From a virus (lineage: Duplodnaviria; Caudoviricetes), in the IMG/VR virus record IMGVR_UViG_3300030372_002234, positions 8,876 through 72,875 of that record: a stretch of DNA of 64,000 nucleotides; one strand, given 5' to 3'. Both the position numbers and the translations under genes were made by a program. Shown here piece after piece: positions 45,801-56,600 of the stretch (the stretch's first letter is position 1; each line of letters begins with the position of its first letter). The notes beneath the pieces were generated by a model that saw only the letters and a program-made list of their open reading frames with translations, did not search any database and was not told the DNA's origin.

Positions 45801-48302
45801 ATTCCTAATAAAGCTTATTCGGCTGGTACAGAAGTGTACACGGCTACTGGTGTTTGGAAAGCTATTACTGATATTAGAGCAGAAACCTCTAATATTTTTT
45901 CAGCTACGGATAGTTCAGAAACGGTCACTCCCGCAGATCCGGGTCCGCCGGATTATTTATTCGGTAATAAAGACAGCCAAGCTGGGAGCGGTGATGCTCC
46001 TTATATTTGGTATCCTTACGCTATGGACGCAGCCGGAACTTCAGGAGTTAAGGGTACTCCCGATACAACAGGACCGGGGCGATGGTATTTCGGAGGTACA
46101 GGCGCACCCGGCACACTAGACCCGGCTACGATGACACCTTCGGTTCCAACCTCTTCTGACGAAAATCTTTTTACATGGAAAGAAACAGTTAAAACCGCGT
46201 CTGGTATTGAAGAAGTTGAGGGTGATATTGTTTACGATCCGAATCATTCACGACGAACGTGTAAACCCCTTGCCGAAGCCTGCGGCGACACAGATGAACC
46301 AACTTGCCCAGAGTGTGGGAGTGTAGCGGATTCTAATCCGGGGGTTAGTTTTTACACCGCCTTATGGCAGTACATGCGTCCAGTCGAACAGATCCCTGTT
46401 CAGGACAACCGTTACGTTAACAGAGTCAAGCAGTATCTTGGGCAGTCATTAAGTGACTTCTCAAATGTTAAGTTACCTCCTCACCCATCAGATCCTACTG
46501 ATATTATTGATAAAATCTCAGAAATTGATAGGTACGCAGCACCTGATGGCAATAGAACAGGTGACGCTGCTAGAACCATTGGTATTCTTTATGAAGATAA
46601 ATCTCCTAGTGATTATGAGCCGGGCACTGACGGTACAAGAGGAAACAATACTACGCATGAGTTTGGGTTAGGTAAAATTCTGTTTATTGAAAACAGTTAT
46701 GCTGGATTAAACCCCGGCTATTACCGTATTCGTTCAGCTACTGATAAACCTTATATTACTAAGGTCAGAACACCGTTTAAATACAGTCGTTTTGATGAAC
46801 GTAGAATGCCACATAAAATAACATTTGTTCCTCCTACTGAAACAGAAAACGCTAAATGGCAAATTGTTCCAGAAGAATGGCTTATGCGTGTAAGCGGAGA
46901 CGCTGAAACAAACCCCGGTCCTAAAATCTTTGAAGACGGAAAACAAGCCGAAATTAAAGCTATGGGATTCTTTAGAAATAGACTTTGGATGGCAGGAGAA
47001 GACAAAGTATTTTCATCTAAATTAAACGAAATTAATAATTTGTGGATTGATGATCCTACGTCGTTAACAGATGAAGATCCTATTGATATTACTTGTTCAT
47101 TTAATAAGTATACAGAAGTTGTTTCGTTAACTCCGTTTGAAGAATATTTATTTGTAAACACTGGTTCAGATGTTCAGTTTACCTTAAAAGGATCTGACAA
47201 TCAGATTACTCCTTTTACGGCTGAAATTTCTCCTACGTCTTTTTATTCAACGGCACCATTAGTAAACCCTGTTTTATTAGGATCTCAAATTTATTTCTTT
47301 GATACTAGTAGATTATATGTTTACTTTAATGACAAAACTGTTTCTATTAATAACGCCATTGAAGTTAGTTATCATTGTCCTGATTATCTTCCTAAAGATG
47401 TAACTAGTACTACTGTTGTATCTCCTTATGATACTCTTCTTTTTATCGATAACGAAGATAAAAGAAACATGTATTGCTATACCAATAGGTATTCAGGAGA
47501 ACAAGTAATTCAAAATGCTTTCTTTAGATACGTATTTGATAAAGAAATTGAGTCAGTTAAAAACTGGGATAACGATATCTATTCTGTTTTTACACGTAAT
47601 GATAAAAACGGAAATCTTTTATATCATATTAGCAAACAACCATTTAGAGAACAAGATCTTTCTATGCCTTTAATGGATCATAAAAAATATCTTGAAATCG
47701 ATAAAGAAAATACGTCTTTTGACCCGGATAAAGATGAAACTACGTTTACGTTTTATGGTTATTATAATGATTCTATTGACACCGTTGTTATTCTAGATTC
47801 AAGTAATGTTCCTTTTGCTGTTGCAGGAGAAACAATTGAAATTCAAAGAACTACATCAGATGCTGCTAAAAGCACTGTCGTAGTCAACGGAAACTATTTA
47901 AAATACCCTAAAGCAAAAGTATACGTAGGAACAAAATATAAAACTACAATTGAGCTATCGCCTCAGTACTATAGAGACGAAGCTAACAATGTTGTAGACG
48001 GTATTTTATCACTACGGACTATGCACATTAGACATCATAACACAGGAAACTATCGTGTTGAGGTAGAGAATAGAGGAAGAACTACTACTCCTATTGAATT
48101 CTCTTGTAAAGAAATCTCATCGCGTACTGATTTATTACCTCTAGATTCTTATATTACTAACGGAGAAACGGTATCTAAGATTCTAGGCTTTGGAGACGAA
48201 GTAAAAATATCTTTAATATCGGATTACATTTCTCCAATGAATATTACAAACATTGAATTAAAAGGACGATTTAACGCTACCTATAGCTCTTGGGTACGCT
48301 AA
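42888..48302 (+). CDS. Tail tubular protein B / nozzle (T7 gp12-like) with large insertions
   Basis: gp12-like N-terminus FSGGVGRQAPSKR..SIEKRSG; beta-propeller region GFFRNRLWM, DEDPIDI, PVLLGSQIYFF, AFFRYVF; 1804 aa versus ~800 typical. Confidence 0.9.
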   Translation: MPPYDRRARQRGFNTRLPIYTFSGGVGRQAPSKRMPSEAQVLDNATPTLERSIEKRSGSEQLSCYTDIASDTFTRWGGLTLPNGSGGIGTIEPLTASGAAGSSVLNFSSSGEIESTLRLTSTDGTSVDYLMDKFSNSGYLTESVASMEFVATPKPGSTITLTSYDGTAKTYIAKANGTVTNGTLDGDGNVQFNNGLEKSPSKSLHNAAKNLQEAIYSAQGHNNNASGSLTFTSTAQVDETITLTSTDGTEITYIGKSSGTDGDLSGSNVIFNVGSDGMNSAAHLSAAINSGNGHNAVNAVATATWTFSAGPAVGNTIQLLGTTNLGTTVSKTFKAANSGSNGDLDGSDVTFLSVTNATITAENLAQAINNKNGFGSSGWMVATANASAAIATAVFRFSATATENASVSITDFKGVTKNYKAVSTASGTATDFVRGSDRVASAQAFADCINANQSATLVAYANWQGAVVVKALAGGTAGNTTITPSLSPSWTAACVTPAAFTGGVNGGDVTVTQGFGGTYGNTTITDSAGFASACSVAPPATFTGGTNTGVNGTKFTTSLAGSKITIAQVEEGFGATSRIVLSSKFTDSVVGAANRPPARLGKLHVPITGKTSRIRFEQCEGGDTGNKTITSSRYFPLSVKVMPTVFSRSSFTYCNTGTNGTDAAEHLKTAVTSDYGHNGKITGAVSTSQITLTQNVAGSSGNTAVKYNKNFSSVLSAKPTSFSGGEEYNSILNSEQIILTDASGKSTVLSFDSGINKRDSESNIIGTKDVTTTALAAESIANAINLTDIGITATYEDSIVTLTMDKSGGNGTRIIADETLFKTKDFRGSMPTSDLFYYWFSISDSLRYLLVVNYSATASETLFYVYKINTDTGKIEDQTPRGSADTTTDEVYNYITYMNETKTAREALEAITVGTNIYIINKFVKAGYSSNEEGYLFGLDGVATNEIDYKGKEIIYYTSSLVDPEGVASLYIPNKAYSAGTEVYTATGVWKAITDIRAETSNIFSATDSSETVTPADPGPPDYLFGNKDSQAGSGDAPYIWYPYAMDAAGTSGVKGTPDTTGPGRWYFGGTGAPGTLDPATMTPSVPTSSDENLFTWKETVKTASGIEEVEGDIVYDPNHSRRTCKPLAEACGDTDEPTCPECGSVADSNPGVSFYTALWQYMRPVEQIPVQDNRYVNRVKQYLGQSLSDFSNVKLPPHPSDPTDIIDKISEIDRYAAPDGNRTGDAARTIGILYEDKSPSDYEPGTDGTRGNNTTHEFGLGKILFIENSYAGLNPGYYRIRSATDKPYITKVRTPFKYSRFDERRMPHKITFVPPTETENAKWQIVPEEWLMRVSGDAETNPGPKIFEDGKQAEIKAMGFFRNRLWMAGEDKVFSSKLNEINNLWIDDPTSLTDEDPIDITCSFNKYTEVVSLTPFEEYLFVNTGSDVQFTLKGSDNQITPFTAEISPTSFYSTAPLVNPVLLGSQIYFFDTSRLYVYFNDKTVSINNAIEVSYHCPDYLPKDVTSTTVVSPYDTLLFIDNEDKRNMYCYTNRYSGEQVIQNAFFRYVFDKEIESVKNWDNDIYSVFTRNDKNGNLLYHISKQPFREQDLSMPLMDHKKYLEIDKENTSFDPDKDETTFTFYGYYNDSIDTVVILDSSNVPFAVAGETIEIQRTTSDAAKSTVVVNGNYLKYPKAKVYVGTKYKTTIELSPQYYRDEANNVVDGILSLRTMHIRHHNTGNYRVEVENRGRTTTPIEFSCKEISSRTDLLPLDSYITNGETVSKILGFGDEVKISLISDYISPMNITNIELKGRFNATYSSWVR

Positions 48303-48312
48303 TCGTTCTCCG

Positions 48313-48344
48313 GGCTGGTGTAGCCGTAAAAAGCTACATCAGTC
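48313..48344 (+). other. 12-bp intergenic hairpin
   Basis: GGCTGGTGTAGC-CGTAAAAA-GCTACATCAGTC; no clear U tract. Confidence 0.5.
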
Positions 48345-48366
48345 TTATACCATTAGGGAGACATAC

Positions 48367-50664
48367 ATGGCTTTTGATAACTTACAATTTAGATCGTGTT
48401 CTTTTAACTACAATCACAACGGTATCATCGATACCCCTGTTAACCATGTAACAACTGAAACCAAAGATATTGGTAACGGAAGTAACGCATGTTTAAAATT
48501 TGATCTTACTCCTCTTCAAACTATTTGGAATGAGGATGTTACTGTTTCTGCTCAGGTAGAATTTTATTTTCAAGCACTTGTAGTAGGAGACGCGAGTGGT
48601 AATACTACCGCTGATTCACCTTCGTGGTTAAGTAAAGTGCCTGTAGAACAACGCCAAGGTTTATTTCGTCTCCCTCGTTACTACGACTCTGGTTCAGGTA
48701 TTACTAACACGGTCTATAAAGTTGAAAAATCTGAGAATGATAGATATTATTTATTCTTAGATACTACAATTGTCAAGGGCTTACATAAAACAACCCGAAC
48801 AGACGGCTCCGCTATCTTAGGTTATCCTCCTACGGGTTCAACAGAAGGCGTTGCTGTAACAGATTTATATTATCCTGAGCCTACAGTTAATGATGAATTT
48901 ACAATTAAAAGATTAACACACTCTATTACAGATTTTGTTACTTATCAAGCAGGAGGTCAGTTAACATCTAACCTATTGAACTTCCAAAAAGATCAAGAAA
49001 TGTTTCTTATTCAAGAGCTTCTCTGGACTATTGAGATGGATATGCTTACGTTTTCTGATCTTTCTGGGTTTGGTTCTATTGTTACCGCTGGTAATGACGG
49101 TACTATTGATCCAACTCAGATTCGTTTATCGTTATACGAGCTTACAGATACTCAAGATCTTGAAGGCACTGCAAGTAATGTTGTTCTTTATAAAACCACT
49201 TCTCCCAATGGTACTTGGAACGAAATTGCAAAAACAGATCTTCTTCAAATTGGGGATCTTTCTAATGTTACAGTTGATTCTAATACTTTAGCAGGAGGGC
49301 ACGTTGTATTTTATGATGCTGTGTCTGGTGGATGGAAAAACGGAACAGTTAGCGATGCAACAAATTCTTGTTCTGAAAAATCTGCTAGTGTTCTTAAAAT
49401 GTGTGCTGACAGTGTTGCGGCTAACCAAGACATAGGTCTTACCGGTATTGTTACAAACAACAATACAAACTGGACTAATGTTTTAGCGGTTGACGAAGAA
49501 AAACTTCTTATGACTGCTCAAGGTATTTCTTTGGTGCCTATTGAAGGTCTAAACAATGTTACTATTACAGGTCCATCAACTAACCAAGTTCTGTATTATG
49601 CTGCTGACGGTATTTGGAAAAACATTAATTTAGCTAGTCTTACTACGGGCATCCTTGGTCCTGCTGGTGGAGACACGTTTAAGTTTAATTTAGATTATAA
49701 CGATGCTACTGATCCTGTTAGCGGAGAATTGATTTTGTTACAATCTAACGGAACTTCAGCAGCTACTACGTGGGCTTCTACGTCGTTTATTAGAGTTAGT
49801 ACCACAGATGCAAACAGTGCTGCTATCAGTGACTGGTTAGATACATTAGGTACTGGCGACAGTGCAGTTAAAAGTCATGTTAAGTTGTTTAAAGAAGGTA
49901 CTCCTGCTCAGTACGCTATTTTTAATGTTACTGCTGTTACAAATAGCGGAGCATTTAGAACTCTTACTGTTACGCCTGTATCGTCTAACGTAAACCCAAG
50001 CGAAGATGCGGTTTTTTATCTTACTGCTTCTTACGTTGGAGATAAAGGAGAAAGAGGAGAAAACGGAACTAACGGAAGTAACGGTAGTCAAGGAATTCAA
50101 GGCGTTCAAGGTATTTCTATTGATGCTATTAGTTGCACTCTTGCTGACAGCGACACAGATTTAAAGTTTACTTTTGAAAGAGATAACCCAGCAAACGTAT
50201 CTCCTGCGCCAGCGGATATTGTAGTTACTTGCGCTGATTTTAATGGAGCATCTAATGTTCAAATTTTATATATTCATCAGTATCAGATTAATTCTACTGG
50301 TTACGGTATGTATAATTACGTCTTAACTCCAAATGCAGATGGGACTGGAACTCCTGTTAATGCTATTAATTATTCAGAAATGCTTAATACGGAAACAGGG
50401 TCGGGAGCTAACAGAATTTTTGGTGGTGTGACTTACACTCAAGTGGTAGGAGATACTACAAGAGTTGACGGTATTCACCCAGTTACAACGGATACAATTC
50501 AATTGCTTCCTATCGGTAACGGTCTGGTTACTGGAACAGGTTTAATAACAGCTACATATAAAGTTCCTGTTTTCTGTAAATCAGTAACTGGAACTCATAA
50601 TGGGTTTAGTTATACTAAAGTATTTAGTGTTCCAAATATTCACTATACGAAACAATGCGGTTAA
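48367..50664 (+). CDS. Tail fibre protein (T7 gp17-like N-terminal anchor)
   Basis: FTIKRLT..ITDFVTYQAGGQLTSNLLN...FLIQE resembles the gp17 attachment domain; collagen-like GXY run GDKGERGENGTNGSNGSQGIQGVQG. Confidence 0.75.
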   Translation: MAFDNLQFRSCSFNYNHNGIIDTPVNHVTTETKDIGNGSNACLKFDLTPLQTIWNEDVTVSAQVEFYFQALVVGDASGNTTADSPSWLSKVPVEQRQGLFRLPRYYDSGSGITNTVYKVEKSENDRYYLFLDTTIVKGLHKTTRTDGSAILGYPPTGSTEGVAVTDLYYPEPTVNDEFTIKRLTHSITDFVTYQAGGQLTSNLLNFQKDQEMFLIQELLWTIEMDMLTFSDLSGFGSIVTAGNDGTIDPTQIRLSLYELTDTQDLEGTASNVVLYKTTSPNGTWNEIAKTDLLQIGDLSNVTVDSNTLAGGHVVFYDAVSGGWKNGTVSDATNSCSEKSASVLKMCADSVAANQDIGLTGIVTNNNTNWTNVLAVDEEKLLMTAQGISLVPIEGLNNVTITGPSTNQVLYYAADGIWKNINLASLTTGILGPAGGDTFKFNLDYNDATDPVSGELILLQSNGTSAATTWASTSFIRVSTTDANSAAISDWLDTLGTGDSAVKSHVKLFKEGTPAQYAIFNVTAVTNSGAFRTLTVTPVSSNVNPSEDAVFYLTASYVGDKGERGENGTNGSNGSQGIQGVQGISIDAISCTLADSDTDLKFTFERDNPANVSPAPADIVVTCADFNGASNVQILYIHQYQINSTGYGMYNYVLTPNADGTGTPVNAINYSEMLNTETGSGANRIFGGVTYTQVVGDTTRVDGIHPVTTDTIQLLPIGNGLVTGTGLITATYKVPVFCKSVTGTHNGFSYTKVFSVPNIHYTKQCG

Positions 50665-50678
50665 AGGAGAACTAACCT

Positions 50679-53600
50679 ATGTCGATTTCTAATTGTAACT
50701 GCGGTGATTGTCGTGGTAGAGGTGCTTGTTGCATTAAATATATTGAAGGCGGTTTTAACGATGAAGCTTATTTTAAAATAACGCAAACTTTAGATTCCAA
50801 CACTAGTTGGTTTTTAGATACAGCTACTAATAATGCTGACGAAGTAGCACTAGAAGGAAAATCCGGTCTTCCCCCTGTTTTGTTTGATAACATGAGTCAA
50901 GGAATAACTGACGTACAAATAGATGTAGAAAAAAACGTAAACTCGGATCTTAGAACTATAAGAATTCGTTTTGCTAGTAACGACGATAGAGCGCAGTTTC
51001 AAACTAATTTAAACTCAAATTACCCTGACGAAATGTTTGCTTTAAATGTTAAAGTAAATGAATTATTTACTGATTCTGTTGAACCAACGCACGCATTTTA
51101 TAGGTTAACAGATGGAGACAATAACAAAATTGTTACAAACACTAACGTAGGCGACGTATTAACTTTTATGTGGCGAGTATCAGACATAGCGACAACCACT
51201 TTTAATACCCGAAATATAAGTTTAAATGTAAATACAAACAGCGATGCCGTTCCTTTAATTGCCTCTTCTGCTCCGTTTACACACAGAGGTTGCGTTAATG
51301 CTAGTAATACAGAGTGTCGTAATTTACAGACTTGTACTTTTGGTAAAGACCCTGATATTGCTTTTTATTTAGCAGGAGTTCCAACAGGAACAGCTAGTGA
51401 TGATTTTATTACTAGAGAAACACAAGGAGGTTGTGTTCCTGATCCTCAAGGTAACTGTACTTCATTCCCGTGTTCGCTTCAGCGGTGTTGTGGGCCATCA
51501 TCTGTAGCATGGTGTGTTGATAATGCTGAATTTTTAGAACCAGATGGTAATTGCTGCTGTTGTAAGTATCTTGCCAATTTAGCGGATACTAGTAATTGTG
51601 CAGATACTTGTAATTATGGATGTGCATGCAATTGTTGTGAAGGTATTGGTGGTCAGGCGGATGACTGTAGCGGCGATCAGGTTTGTGATGATATAGTAGT
51701 CGGGTGTCTTAACGGACCCGGCCTTGATGTAACCTGTGATGATAATTTTCCTACTACTTGTAATTGCACTTGTCAAGGGCAAGCATGCCGTCCGGGTAGA
51801 CCTTTTTGTGTCGATGGTTTTTATGACATTCCGGGTTGCGCTTTTTGTCAAGACAGAGCAGATGAAACCGATAATTATATCTGTGTTCAAGCATCCGCTG
51901 AATGGTGTTTAGCTCAAAACAATTTACTTAATGTAGAATGGAGTTGTTTTAACGGAGCAAAAGAGTGTGTTAATCCTGATGCTCCTGACGGCGGTAATTC
52001 GGTTTGTCCTTGTTTAGATGATATCGCATCTCCTGTTACTACTGGCATATGCGGGTGTGCTGTAGATGCGGATGGCACTTTTGTTCCAAGCTGTAGCGGC
52101 GTAGCAGGAGCTTGTCTTGCAAACTGGGCAGACGGAACACAATCAGATTGTACTTCTAATCAAAACTTCTCAGTTCAGTTTACTAATTCTGATAATGAAA
52201 TTTCGGATCAATTAATTTTAGAAACTAAAGTTCCTTATTATAATCAAATTAAGCCTACTGCATGTGGATGCGAAGGGTCTTGCTCAGAAGCAGCTACGAC
52301 ACCTAGAATTGGTCATTTAGATCCTTGTTTTTCTTACGGTCCTGATGATTCTGATTTAAGTTGTTGCCCTAATTGGTGTGATGGTATTTGTCCCGTATAC
52401 AATAATATTACTTTTAAACGAATTAATCATTGTAATATAACTAGTAATGTATTTTCTTGTTCTAATTGCTCAGGAGATACCCCTCCTACTCACATGGAAG
52501 GATCTCTTTTAAAATTAACGTTAGATTTTAACGCGACTTCTGGCATTGAATTACAAAGAACTAAAAACTGGAATTCTTATGTTGCTAATACTCCTGATAA
52601 TTCAACTGTAATTGTAACAGAAAACAATGATTACACTGTTCCAAGCGATGCAATCAGCTTAGAATGGAATAATGTTTTAGGAATAAACGGATCTTTATTT
52701 GATTCTAACCAAGCTTTAATTCCTAGTCTTGTGTTTAAAACTACCACTGATAGAAATTTAGTCATGAACGATTTTTCTAACTTAAGTTCTGACTGGAAAA
52801 TGCAATCTTATTGTTATTGGGATCTTAGAGAATCGTCGTATCCTGATTGGCCTTGGGGAGGAGATCAAGAAAACCCTGCTTTAGCTGATGCTAGAGATGT
52901 GTACTCTTTAATTGAAGGTTTAACGTGGGCACATAACGGTAATCATTCTATTCAAAGCGGTAAACAACTTTGGATGCGTGTTTATACTCCTAATTTAAGG
53001 GGTTTATATAAAACTCCTGTTGCGTTTAATAATTGTGATGGTTCTGCTAGTCAATATAAATACCAAATAGATCACGTATATTCAGGTAACTCTCAGTATG
53101 AACGAGGCTATACTAATACAGACTGTATTACAAAAGACGGATTAGATTGTACTAGTGATAATACCTGCAAATATGGTAATCCTTGGGAAACTATTAATGA
53201 TGTGCTTAACCAAGTAGCTGGTGGCCTCAATAACACTAGTTACATTGATGCAGGAGGATCTCACATTGATCCGTCGCCCGGTGATTTCCAATTCCCCATT
53301 AAACCACATACGCATATGTTTGAATTGTGGTTTGTAGGAGAAGCAGTTTCTGGCTGCGAACAAAATGCTAATAACGATTATACGCCTGAATTTAAATTAG
53401 CAGCAATTGTTAGAGAAGTAGCAGACTGCTCTTCTATTAATATTGACAGATTAAACGATAACGAAAATCAATATAGACTTTATAATGATACTTGTGGTTC
53501 TTACTATTGGCAGTGTAAAGAACGATCTACTAAGTTAAGTGTTTATACTTTAACTGATGACGGTTCTAACGAACCTTGGAATCAAGCTTTAAATACTTCT

Positions 53601-56600
53601 TATGTAAACGATGAAGAGGAAACTATTTATACAGACCCTGCTATTAACGGAAGATCAGCCCCAAGAAAAATTACGTTAACTCCTAAATCAAGCGGTATTT
53701 TTAGAACAGGAACTGGCGATGATGTCCAAGATAGCGTAACTACTTTAACTCCTACTTCTTCTGTAGCATGGAACGAAGATTTATGGTATCATTCAGATCC
53801 TAAACACTCTTTTGATTCAGTAGGTAAATCTATTCCTCAGGTTGCTGCGCGTTGGACAGAACTTCCTTTTAGAAACTACGCTAAAGATTTCTTAGATGAA
53901 AGTAAAACATTAAAAGGTTTTTATTTAACTGTATCGGCGTTTCATTCAGACGGTATTGCCTCTGTTGCTTATTATTTAGATGGTGCTAAATCTGGTCTTG
54001 GTACTGCTAATGTAGTAAGCCCTTCTGAGCATCCTTTAGAAGATACTAAAGCACAGATCGCAAAAAACGATTCTGGTGATTTGTTAACGGGATTAGAGGA
54101 ATACACTGTAGCTGTAAACACTACGTCACTGTCTACAGGAGTTCACGAAGTCCGAGCTAAAATTAATCCTAACGTGCATCGATACGGTGGAACTAGAGGA
54201 ACGGCTAGGTATTTATATGGAGAACCTCCTACCGGAGACGCTTCTGTTAATACATCCGATTTAACTAATGTATTAAAAGGTAGTACTAGTTATCAAGTTA
54301 TTAGCGGACAAGATTTCCCGTTTAGTAAAGCTCAGTGGCCTAATGATATTCCTGATGGTCCTCCTATTAATAATCAAGAAACATTAAGTAATTTTTCTAA
54401 TCGTATGTTAGGAGTAGATACTTCAGAAAATAACCTCAATCCTATGTGGGGAGCGTCTAATTTCTGGAATCTTCATAATGAAGGTTTTAATTATTATGCT
54501 GACGGCAGCGATGCTAGTAGTAAAACTCAGACTAAATACAACAGTAATAACTTTATCTTTAGCGGAACTCCGCAGCAAGAGTTGCTGTTAAATGGATACG
54601 AAAGTTTTTGGTTTAACTTTAACCCCACGCCCCTTACAGTGTACGTAGGACAGGCCGGAGATTCTGTACCGGAAGATAGCTCCTATTTTGCTACAAGCCT
54701 TTACGAGGCGTTCCAGTGGCTTGAGAGCAACTATACGGCAGACAATGCATCTCTTCACGACGCTGAGATTGTTCTTATTCCGGGTACGTCTGCGTCTCCT
54801 AGAAAATACAGTTGGCCTAATGCATTCTCTAACGAGTCTTTGCCTGCTAGTGTTTCTTGGTGCCAGAACGCACTACAAAAGAAAAGTTTTGTTATTAGAT
54901 CAAAAAACCCAGATGATAAGGATGCCACTATCCTGTGGTTCCCTCCGTCGTTAGATAGAGTAGAAATGCCTTGGAATAACTTTGCATTACATGTTAGAGA
55001 TCTTACGGTATTTACTTCTACGCAGAGAGGAGAAACAGGTAAAACTTGCTTGCACTCCTCAGGAACAAATTGCCGTCTTCTTGTAGAAAACGTCATTTTC
55101 TCGTCTGCTTGCTCTACAGGAATCAAAGCCTCAGCTTTAGTAGACGGAAGCGGTAACGTTATCTGCGGTGATACACTTCAGAGAGCAGCAAATGGTTCTG
55201 TTACAGGTCAGTTAGATTATAGTAAATGTCGTAATATTAATACTACTACCTCTAATTTAGAATGTGCTAAGACTACGGCTGACTGCGCTAGTATTACTTG
55301 TTGTGGAGCTAAATCTACAGCAGGATGTCAAGAGTGTACGGGAGCTAACTGTACTACTTGTCGTAATAACTGCACTTGTAGATCTACTGAGATTGACTGG
55401 TGGCCTTACTTCTGTAGTGACAATTTTGATATTTCAACTAACGGAACTAACTTAACGCCTGTGATTTTGTGCGGTAATAACGACTGTACGTCAGACGATA
55501 GTTGGGCTTGTAAAGGTATCTTTGGAAATGATATTGTAACCTCTAGTTCCTTTATGTGTCTTGGTACACAGCCCCAGCATTGCGTTGTTCTTGGTGCGTT
55601 TAACCACGAACTTATGGATATGGCTGATGCTGACCAGTGGAAGCTTGGTATGTATGGTAAAGACATTGAAGTTAATAATGTTCCCGGTACAAGTCTTAAA
55701 AACCCTGTGCTTATGAAGCATATTTTAGTCGATAATTATAATAAGACTTTGATTTCTGATAAGGGTCATGGTTGTATTATTGATTTATGGATTAAAAACG
55801 CTGACCCACTTACTACGTCTATGGTTCCTAATATGGATATTGTCGAGTGGGAAAACATTGGCTATGACACCTACAGTTTAGAAGCAGCTAAAGATTATGA
55901 CCTTAAGTTTGGCTCACCTAACCCACGTAGCGTTAGAAACTTTAACTGTTTTATCGAAAACAGAATGATGATTAATATTAAGGTTGATAACAGTCACGCT
56001 AGGTTACTTAACATTAAGGGGCCGGGGCTTAAGTACAGGGATTTCCTTGCTAATCCCAATGCTTCTATTTCTACACACTCAGGTCATCACAATAACTTTG
56101 GTATGGCAAGCACAAGAAACTTTGTGTTTAAGGATTTCCATATTGAAGAAAAGAAAGAATCTGATCAAGTGTTTGGTACTTTCCCTATTAACCATCTTTA
56201 TATAGATAATTTTGTTATTTCTAATTGCTTAGATAGAGATTGCGATTCTACGGCTGAGGCTACAGATACTTGTAGTTATGCTGGTAGCGGTTCGTTGTTC
56301 CCTTTAATTAGTATGAATTTAGAAACAGGTTATCATACGTGTTTACATTACGGTAAAAAGCCTATTCAAAACTTGGTTTTAACTAACAGTTTATTCCAAA
56401 ACTTAGGTACTGGTAAATACGCTCGAAACAAAGAGGGCCTTAAATTTTATAATGTTCTTAATGAACAAGCAGTATTTCAAACTGCTATTGATTGGGGTCC
56501 GTTTAAACGAAAAGCTGGTAATAGATACAACATTGTAAAACCAGATGGTACAACCCAAAGATTTTTCTGGTATGGAGCTTTTGAACCAGTTATTACTAAC